From: Dicyema japonicum
Taxonomy: Eukaryota; Animalia; Dicyemida
Direction: 5' to 3'
Assembly: GCA_011109175.1 (NCBI GenBank)
Contig: RDEW01000021.1
Span: forward strand, 321,080-385,079
DNA length: 64,000 nucleotides
Shown: positions 53,950 through 64,000 of the stretch, one piece after another
How positions within the stretch are numbered: the first letter of the stretch is position 1
How the letters are laid out: every line of letters begins with the position of its first letter
Translations under genes and position numbers: made by a program
The notes under the pieces: model-generated
Database searches by the model: none
The model's input: the letters and a program-made list of their open reading frames with translations, nothing else
What the model was told of the DNA's origin: nothing

Positions 53950-54510
53950 AGATTTTAATCCAGATCGCTGGTAATCCCTCTCCTTCTCTGAGAAGAAGAG
54001 TGTGTTATCAACTCCCTGTTATTCCTCATCTCCACATCAGTCAGTCGAAATATTTCTGTTGTCCTCACAGCATGCCTGTTCAACTAGCTGAGAGGTAGTA
54101 GAGGTGTACAATCATCAGAAACTTTCATCCCGTGTTTATGTCCAATCAGCATGCTTTCGAGAGTCCTCTTCAACACAACTGACTGAATGTAAGTTCTCGT
54201 TGCTCCTTCAGGAGATAGCTTATCCATATAGTATGTGAGGCATTTCGAGACAACTCCACCCCAGGTCACAACCAGTGGGATAATCTTTACTTGACAATTG
54301 TAGAGAAGCAAAAGCTCACTTGCGAGGAGGACGTACTTGTGACATTTTTCAACTTCCATCTGTTTTAGGCGATCCTGAGATGTTCGCATTTGGATTAGAA
54401 CTAACTCATTCTTGATCTTGTCATGTAGGAAGATATCTGGTTTGTCGAACTGTACTTTCTTTTCAGTTAGAATCGACGTATCGACTCATCTCAACATTCT
54501 GTGTTGATAG
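53950..54510 (-). mobile_element. RLE-endonuclease C-terminus of a non-LTR retrotransposon (relic)
   Basis: KPDIFLHDKIKNELVLIQ..TSQDRL..EVEK..KY..IIPLVVTW.GVV..YIQSVVLKRT (PD-(D/E)xK RLE). Confidence 0.75.
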
Positions 54511-55867
54511 AATTATTTTTAGAAAAATGTTCCTGATTCGAGAAAATGGCGATTAGAGAATTTTGTTAGAGAAAAACGTATTTTGGAAATTCAAGAGGTG
54601 GCAGATTTGAGAAACGACGGATTCAAGAGGATTTTCTGTAATTGTTTGTTTCCAGAATATTCTCGATTATCAGAGATTTAAGGAAATTTAAAGTTTATGG
54701 ACATTTCGAATATGAATCTTGCATTTATGATCCTGGAATCCTCATAGGGTCTCTCCCAAGTCAATCGTAAGCTGAGCATCTGGAAACTGGTCATTTTCGC
54801 GGAAAACCGCTATATTCATCTCCACAGTCTCCCTTATTGTAACTACTCTTGATCGCGTCAGATCTCAAACAAAATGCAAACTTACGNGAAGGTGAGGTGA
54901 AATGAGACCAAGAAGAGATATGAGTGGATCGGATCGAGAATTGGTTGTTCAAGGATTGGTATGAGCGAATGGTCCTTTCTGATGTACGAAAAACCACACA
55001 GGGCGACACAATAAAACACGAACCAAGTAATGCATCAATTAAGATGAAAATATTCAAAAAATTTAAATCGTTAAATTATTATCATTGAGATCACTTTTTA
55101 ATAAAAATGAAATTTTTTATTTGACGAGTTTAACAGTTTAATCAAACCCGTGAATACTATGGAGCACAGATCTTGTTAAATAATAAATAATAAGAAATTA
55201 TTTATAAAACCAGTAGTATGAAAAAGCACAATAAAAATATCAAAAAAGTAAATGAACCAGTTTAATCCATACACACAGTAATAATTGCCCTTTCGTGGAA
55301 GAGAATTAATGTTTCCAATACTTAACCCTCCATTTAGGCAGGACACACACTTTATTTTGAGAAGGAACAGGAGCAGTAATGGTAATTAATCTTTGGAGAT
55401 GAGCTGAGGAATCAGGAATGTCCTCAACTTATGTCGTTTTTTGGTTGCGTGTGAGTCCTTGTAAAGAATTCAGTTGCAGTGAAAATTCACTGATGAAGAC
55501 GTAACTCGTAAAACCAGGAAGCATCGTAGATGGAATTTTCAAGTCAATTAACCTAATACGAAGTCACAGATCATTTCCACTAGTCAATTAAATTAATAAA
55601 TTAAAATAAAACTAACTATAAATTTTAATTAAATAAACATAATAATACATTTTTAAAACGGAAACAATTTATAATCATTGATCAATGTCTAATGCCTGGT
55701 ATAGTTATTAAATTATTTTGCCATTATCACCCCAACCGAGTAAACCATCAGTATTGATCTCTAAAGGACCCCCTTGGAAATTATTCCTTAAGTCGATTAT
55801 CTCGACGTGCGGTTGTAGCGGTTATATATATCTATCATTTTGGCGTTTTTGTCTAATATTTGCGAAA

Positions 55868-58800
55868 ATGGGTACGCTTGGCATGTCTAGTCAGCCTTTA
55901 TGCAAAAACTAATTTAATTACAACTTATTTTTATAGAGGATTCTTCAACATTGCCGTTACAAGCAGATCAGTTAATCAGGGATTATGCCGGTTTTTTTAG
56001 TCATAATTGGTAGACGAACGAGATCTCATACAGGAGAAGACATTTGTTAAGTGGATTAACTCTCGTCTCTCGAAGGTATAGAAATTACTAATTTAAGACA
56101 AATACGAGAATCAAAGATCTCTTCTCTGATTTTAGGGACGGCCTCAACCTGATCTTGTTGGTGGAGCAGTTGACTGGGGAACATTTGGTAGACACTCTTT
56201 TTGTAACCTTTGCAGGAGAGAGAAAGGGGGAAGCGGGATATACAGATATTAAACAACATCACAACCGCCTTTGATTACCTGGCTAAGAAAAATGTGGTAG
56301 TTTTACTTATTTCAGGTGAAACTATACAACATTGAACCTCTTCAAATAATGAAGGGAAACAGAAAACTCACTTTAGGACTCATCTGGGCCATTATACTAC
56401 GTTTTCAAGTATAAGATGGGAAAATTATTCCAGATGCAAGTGATGCTTAACACTGGACAGACTCAGAACATAAAGAAAGCTGTTTTGAATCTGGTGAATA
56501 CATATATTTGCAAATACTCGAGCGTGCCTGTTAGCAACTTCACTACCTCGTGGTACGACGGGAAAAACCTGACATATTTGGTTTACCACCCAAACAAGAC
56601 TGAAATAGACCTTCAACAAGTCATGTCGATGACCGACAAGGAGAGAATTCAATTTGTGTTTGAATTTGCCTACAAAAATTACGGAGTTGATTGTCTTTTG
56701 GAGGCAGAAGGTTTATGTACGGATTTACCGTAGATTTGGAGTCCCAAAAGGTGGATGAGCAGTCTGTAATGACTTATGTCTCCACTTTGTGTTCAGCTAT
56801 CAAGGATTCTACTGATTTGAACGTTCGGTTATGATTTATCTTAGAAAGTGAGGGAAGATTATAAAATGATAACAGACTGGATGACTTTTTACGACGAAAA
56901 GTTCAGAAAGGTGATGGAAAATGACAACCTTGAGGAGTTGGAATCAGAAAACATTGTAGTCAAAGTCTCTAAATTACAGAATGTTAACTTTTTTTGTCGT
57001 TTCTTGACGGAAAGCAAGGATAATCAGGCTAAAATAAATGAATTAAGCGAAAAGGTTGCAATCTAAAATTACCAGAAACTTGAAATTAAGCAAATATACG
57101 GAGAATCCGACAAGAATCTAATCCACCACATGAATATCAATATCCACAAGCTCCAGGAGTTATACTCTGAGGCCAGTGCTAAATATGATAGGTTGGAGCA
57201 GTAGTTTACCCTAGCATGGCAAAAATCCACAAGAAAATATCTCAATATTACACAATCCTGCAGGAAAAGCTCATGCGAGTCAGCTTAAACCTAAATGAGG
57301 TCATGATGGCTTTAATATGTAGTACGAGAATGCGGAAAACGTTAATATCAGTGATTATGATGGTTTAATGAGGGTTGTTGAGGAGATTGAGGTAATATGC
57401 CAGGACAGAAATACAAATATGCCTATGGTGAGTGAAATAGAGTTAGTTTACGAATTACCACAGATTTGTGAGAATTACAGCCAAAATTGAGGAATTCAAG
57501 AGTGCTATTAATAGCAAAGTGCATTCCATCAAAGAATCTGACAGTCAAAATCAGAGAATATTAACAGAACTGCACGATTATATGGACCCTAAGCTGGAGC
57601 AAATCCAGAATTGCCTTCAAGAAGTTAAAGGCCGGGTTATTCTTAGATTGAGTCCCTCCATTATCACGGAAATTTGGAAAAATGCACTACACTGATCAGT
57701 ATGTTGGACCAAGATCAATTTATTCCCATCCGGAAGTACCTAAGTGATCGGACAACGAGTTTTACCAAGGAAAGGTTCCGAGACTACTTATTTCCAGGAT
57801 CCTATACTACGGTGAACAAACTGATGTTTTGCAGAAAAGGCTGGACTCTCTGGTCGATCAAATTGAGAAGGCTAAGAAGTCGTTTGAAATGTAGTTTGTT
57901 GTAATAATACTAAGGAGTGAACCTGATTCATCCAATAGGAATAGTTTTGCTGACTCATTTGATTTGGGTCAGGTTGTATGGAGTGTGGTTATGCTAGAAA
58001 GTGAGAAATGATGAGTATGAATCACTTGGGAGAAAAGACGTGGAACTTGAACTCACCAAACTGGATGAATTGACTACCAATTTGACGTCTCTGGTCGGAC
58101 AGGAGGAAAATCCAGGGAGAATGAATGTATTTAACCGTGATTTAGTTAACCTCCACAATTCTCAGCTTGTAAGCTTAGTAGTTATGTCACAGACTGCGAG
58201 TTGTGCAGTAAAGGATCAAATGTGCTTTAATGAGGATTACTTTTGCCGACTTTTTGGAGAGATTCGTAAATGTGATGGTATTCGTGAGTCTATCGAGAAT
58301 GAAAAGTGGCACAATATTAACTTGGATGTCTCCTCCTGTTTTGCTAGATTCTCAGTTTTTCTATTAATTATATTTAGCGGGAAAATTGTGACCCTGATCT
58401 TTTCAAGGAGGGTTTCAACATTGCCAGGGAATCCCCCAGTTTGGTAGACTCTGTGATGGTACGACATTGTGGGTATTTAGAAATGTTTGAATAAACTTTA
58501 CATATCGACACGTGCTTATAACAGGTCGATGGAGTGCTGTGTTGTGCACACAGGCTATATCACTGATCTATACCAAGTGATGACTTTTATTATTCTTAGT
58601 TTCGGATTTTGTTGAATAACTCAAAGAAGTGGTTGCAGGAAAGACACGATAACTTGAAGAAGTTTTCGGGTCAAATTTCCCGTTCAGAAGACATTGCGAA
58701 CGTGGAAAAGCAGATTAAGGTAGTCGTCTACCAAATGTGCTAGAAACTGTACGAGGATGTCTGTGATTACTACCAGGAAATTTATAAGCTGAAGTACCTG

Positions 58801-61800
58801 GCCAGCAGGGTTGTGGCCATTAATAAGAGAAAATCCGTCACAAATGAGACCGAGGGATATATCATAGCTGAACCAAACGATTTTATTACTGTGAGTGACT
58901 GTTCTGTTGAGAAAGGGGTAACAATTCTTGAACAATTAGACGGAACCACATGGAAGGTATTATGGCTTGATATGTAAGATCAAATCACCTGAGAGATCAG
59001 TTAAGTCTTGCTATGTCTCTTTCTTTGGGTCGGACTCTGATATTATTGGGCGAGTGGAGAAGGTGGTCACATTTTGGGAGAAACTACGAATGAATTGTGT
59101 GAATCTGACCAGAGACATTAACCAAAATTCTACAAATTTCTCGAATACGGAAATGTTGAAGCAGGATTATTGTGAAGAGATCCAGAGTTTTTTTAATCTC
59201 GCCGTTAGTTCGATTGAAGAAAATTTCAAAGAGTTTCTTTCCATCGGTACCTCAGAGCTCTACGAGGAGTCCAAAGTATTCATAAATAACGATGTCAGAG
59301 TCTGTTTGAGTTGATGGAGGACCGTATGATGACTTTGTCGGATAATAAGTTTTCCTTCAATTTGCAGAACGACAAGGACTTCAACAGCCTCAATGAACTG
59401 GAAAGCTTCATTTTTAATAGTATGGAAAAATGCCGGGAGTACAAAATAAAGTTCAATTTCAACTCAACCATAGAATGGAGTTGTCCATGGAAATGCAGGA
59501 AAAGGGTAGAGAATGCATAGACATCTTGGCTGAGTATAATTCTCTATTGGAAGAGCCTGTCAATATAACAGTCGATAATTGTAATGAAAAGTACTCCTAT
59601 TATACCGTAATATTGGTTTATATGTAGAAAATTCTCTCACAACTAAAAAATGATAGTATTATCAGCGGAAACATCAGGGATATCAAAATTTCATATCAAT
59701 TTGTAACGTTGTATCAACCATCCACGTGGTTAACCGACGACGTTGATTTCCTGACAAGTCAATACCAAAAAATCACCTCAGAATTTGAAAAAATGTATTC
59801 TTTTAACTGATTTTGACAGAATTTATTCGATTGAGAACTTTATCAATCAATTCTTCTCGATTATGAACAATCACATTCAAATTGACAGTTTAATCCGCAG
59901 ATTGGAGGACACCGTGTTGACAGAGGAAACTGACTGGGATAAGGTAACTGAAGAAGTCACGGAGTTGTTCTCCGCTGTGGAAAAAGAAAACAGTTTTATC
60001 AAGGAAATGGGGACTTTTAATGTTAGAAATATTACTAATCAATGTAGAATTCGTTAAATTATGGAAGTGACCCTTATTTTAGTTATATCATAAACGATGT
60101 CATCAAGCCTCAAAGAAGCGGGCTTTTAAGATTATTTAAGGATTTTACGTTGTGTGACAAAAACCTTGTTAGTAGGATTATTGATTCCTAGAATGTGAGT
60201 AATACTCTTGCTTGTATGATCGAAGAATTTTTGGGTGCTAATAGTGAACTGACTGTAGATGCTATAGCTTCCTCCGTTGGTGGTTATGGAGATGAGCTTG
60301 AAAGACTAGGTTTATTAGTAATTATTGATAGGTAAAGCTCAAATTGATGAGTTTGATGCTAAAGTCAGAGAACTGGAGGAAAGTTGTAAAAAGTTTGAAT
60401 TGCTGGATGATATTTATGAAATATTTCCAATTATAAGCACTTTGAGAGTATTTTATTACACATTCTATTTTGTAGAATAATTTAAACGAATGTGAGTCCA
60501 TGAAATCAGAATTAGAAAAAATTTCAGCAAATATGCCAAATTTGGAGAATAGTAGTGTCATATTTACAATGGTAGAAGTTGGGAAGTGCGTAGACTTAAT
60601 CGAGGATTTAAGGGACTGGATTTTTGGTAAGATTGAGACCTTTGAAAATGTGTCAAATACTATGAAGGAAGTGCTCTCTTCATTTGAGGACATTAGCCAT
60701 AAGGTGGATGTTATGGAAGGCCCTGAATTGTCGATTGAGGACAAATTATCCTTGGTGGTAGAAAATATCAAACAACTTGAATTAAATCTCGAACAGTTTA
60801 ACAGGACAACTGCCAAAATAGATTCTATAGTGCCCAGTTTTACGGAATCTGGATGTACTTCTTTAAGAGATCTTAGAGACAACGTGGGTAGATTTTTGTG
60901 TTATTATTAGAAAATGAAATCTTGGGAGAGCTGGAAAAATCAAAAGCAGAGTTTGAACGACTTAGCAAATTCAATGATTTATTTGAGTCAGTAAATTTGG
61001 TTTTGAAAGATTTCAACAGTCGTCCAAGAAACGATGAACTCACAGAGGCCGAATTACTGGTTTCGATTGGTTATTTATTCTGTAGTCCAAAAGGACTGAG
61101 GAAATAGAATTTTTCAAAAAGATGTGCAATTACTTTAAAGAGTTATTTGACTTGTATTCCCACTGTGATGAACCGAAATTTTGTGAAAATATCGAAGAAT
61201 ATATGACAATTCTGTGCAGTAATATTAGAACGTGTCAGGATTCCATTGCTTTTATTGAGAAGACTGTCCCTACCTTAATGCTACAATATGTTTGTATGTT
61301 GTTTGACAAGTTTGGTGTTTTCGCCAACGATTTTAATGCCGGCAATTTGAAGGTTTGCTTTTGATTATTTCATTTAAATTTAGGATTTGCAAGCAACTGC
61401 CGATTTTCTGAAGGTTAACTTTGCTAGTGTGAGTTCAATTTTGTCGGAAAACGAGTTATTTGGCTCTCCTGGGCATTCTGAATTGCTCAACAAAATCAAT
61501 TTAATGGTTTCCGTTGTTGATGAAATTTCCACTGAAATTGAGGGAAATGTGGACTTAGAAATCCAGGTTTGCGTTGTGGGGTGAATCTAGATTGAGGAAG
61601 AGAAGAAACCCGACTATAAGAGTATTTTGGAGGAATTACGTCGGATAACCTTTGATGAGGTTATTCTCGCCGATCTCATAAAAGCTGGGGATGATTTACT
61701 CGATAATAACACATGTCCACGGATCCAAGACATTTGTAGCAAATTCAAATACTCCGTCAGTGTAATATTGTTCATAATTTCTAGTCCCCCAGTTCATTGA

Positions 61801-64000
61801 TGGATGACTTATCAGAGGTGCCCAAAACTGAGAAGAAGCTGAGGTTTCAAGACATGTCTCAAGATTGTTTAAAATCCGTGGGATCCGTTGATAACTGCGA
61901 GTCCAAAGATAATGTAAGTAAAATTCATGATTTTCAGTTGGTGAAACTAATTGATGAAGCAATTGACTACTTTGTTGGAATACAGACCGATTTGTTGACC
62001 ACTCACAACATTCACTATGAATATTACAGTCTTGGGGAGTATTTGGACCACAACAAAGTTTTTTGGTTGATAAACGTAGACAATTATGTGTGAAGTTGAC
62101 TTACGTAAGACTGAAGTACAGGAATTGTTAAAACAATCCCAAAATCAGATATTTAATAACGGAAAACTTGACTTTTCCCTTAGAACCAAGGGAAAGAGAC
62201 TGGAGTGCCTTATTACTAAAGTTATAAATCAGTGTTTGAAGAACTGTCAATTCGCCAATGAACTGATAACATCCCTTAAACAGTGGATTCAGTACTACGA
62301 CCAGTTTGATTTTAACTACAACGAGCTCTCATCCAAATTAGAACTCGTGGTTGAGCCATCCAAGACTTTGCAAGGATTGAAACGACAGCAAATTGAATGC
62401 GATGTAATTTGTCTGTAGATTGCAGGAAATTTTGCAAGGCTTCAGAGACTTGAAGTCAACTGTGGAGAATTTGAAGATAACCAGCTCACTAATGTCAGTT
62501 CACATGCCATCTGATGCGACTGTGGCTTATAAAGACGAACTTAAAGGGTGTGATGCTCTTTGTAGTGAATTTTCCTGCAAACTGAATAATACTATACATC
62601 TTGTCCGAGACGCAATGTCAGCACACATATCTGTTATATTTGGTGGATATTCTAGGTGGAGGATGAGTTGAATGACGTAGGTAATATTCTCTCAAGAATA
62701 TACGATAAGACACAAAAACTTGATTTGCACAAAAATAAGTTACTCCAGAATTCCGAAATATTGTACTATTACCAGGAGATTGAGGTTACTGGTTTATCTG
62801 ATCGCAGGAACTGGAGTCCATGACTGTTTCCGCCAAGAAGACCTTAAAAGTGATATTCTCTAAGATCCCCGTGGAGGACCAGAATTATATTGACCGTAAG
62901 TCTATTAATATTGATTATAATGTCTGTTACACATATTTCTACTATAGAACTGAATGAAAAGAACGACATGATTGCTACGATTGATGCGAGTCTGGAGGAA
63001 CTGAAGACCGCCATGCAAGTCATCCTCAAAAACATGAATGAATTTTACGATAAATATCACCATGTGGAGTCGCTAGTTGAAAATTTGGACTCTCAGCTTG
63101 ACAGATTCAGTGAGCTTTATTCGAGTGACATTTCATCTCAATTGGGCACTCTGGAGGTTGTAATGGTTGTTATTTCAGTCATTTTCTGCTTACTTTGATG
63201 AGATTGAAAGTGAATACGGGCTTTTGAAGGAAATTTCTGACAATTCTTCCTGTTTTTTGTCCAACATAAATAAATTTGAAATTGACGAAAAGTGCCTCTC
63301 AATTGGGACTGCATTGTCCAAGTTGAAAAATGAATATGTCACCAAACTGGGCAACTATCGACTACTCTTCAGCCAAATGGACTTAATTCACGGCGAAATC
63401 AATGTATTAGCAGGATTGATTCCTTAGAATTTACTAGAATGGCTGCAAGATATTGAACCTGACGTTGAGACAGTAGTGGGGACAGAGTCTGATGAACAAA
63501 ATGTAGTAAAACTGCTTGAGGGCACAAATGTAGTGATATTAAGCATTTCTAAAGGATATAAGGAAAATGATTTTGCCCAGATATAACAAAGTGAACAGTT
63601 TGACATTGGAGACTGGTCACATGCTCAAAATGGCTGAGGCAAACGATATCGAGGACTTTGCGAGGTCGGTAGAGGACGTTGATATGAGGTTTTCTGATAC
63701 CTTAAAGACAATCTCCGATCGTGAAGTTTGCCTGCAAGTTATTTGTAGTACCAACTCCAAATCCAGGCTATTAACTACGGTCACATAATGAAGGCTTTGG
63801 AGGAGGCTAATAAGTGGATAATAACAACGTTGGATGTGATCTCTTCTATCCACTCAAATGTAGACGACATTCAAAGTATTGAAATCGACCTTTATAGAAT
63901 CAAGGTAAGTGGAAGTGATCACATTATAGAATATATTTGTGGAGGTTGAGGCACATGAGGGAAATATGGAACGAATCAAGGAGTCGGCCTCTGTGTTCTT
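55868..64000 (+). CDS. Spectraplakin (MACF1/dystonin/Shot-like), 3' incomplete
   Basis: ADERDLIQEKTFVKWIN, RDGLNLI, LTLGLIWAIILRFQ, NFTTSWYDG (tandem CH). Plakin SH3-like VEKG..TWKIKS..CYVSF at about 58900-59040, then spectrin-like repeats. About 47 GT-AG introns keep one frame open to the window end. Confidence 0.85.

Noticed and set aside
55685-55842. Upstream exons using two 22-nt GT..TG segments (55699-55720, 55821-55842)
   Set aside because: Intron-like in size and composition, but splicing them does not join the spectraplakin frame and there is no homology support. They could only be UTR introns.
55868-56830. Dystrophin/utrophin or nesprin call
   Set aside because: The ADERD-type CH1 start and a plakin-type SH3-like segment fit spectraplakin better, though this was not confirmed by search.
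60322-60882. 186-aa minus-strand ORF
   Set aside because: Antisense shadow of spectraplakin exons.

Overview
AT-rich eukaryotic (animal) genomic scaffold, standard genetic code. It contains about 10 compact host genes separated by heavily decayed transposon debris, one 653-N gap and several single-N joins flanked by allelic duplications. Genes reconstructed by hand: UNC5-like 2xIg receptor, PPP1R12/MYPT-like, intronless SNIP1, class II DYRK, an orphan, PITHD1, alpha-catenin/vinculin-family, DCAF15-like, NFU1, novel PKC (epsilon/eta) and a spectraplakin that runs off the right edge. There is also tRNA-Phe(GAA) plus a pseudogene copy. The dominant feature is the splicing system. On the order of 100 introns were inferred manually; almost all are 20-28 nt, with donors conserved only at GT, often no polypyrimidine tract, and AGs closer than about 20 nt skipped. 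Two introns inside highly conserved motifs (ankyrin LHQ|ACID, kinase YR|D) have no AG acceptor (GT..TG and GT..GG). This fits a reduced parasitic metazoan such as a myxozoan or dicyemid, but the taxon cannot be determined from the window. TEs include hAT, pogo/Tigger, APE-type LINEs, CRE-like and other RLE non-LTR elements, and Gypsy relics, including a LINE>hAT>CRE nest. All gene models and family assignments come from manual translation and motif recall; no searches were run.
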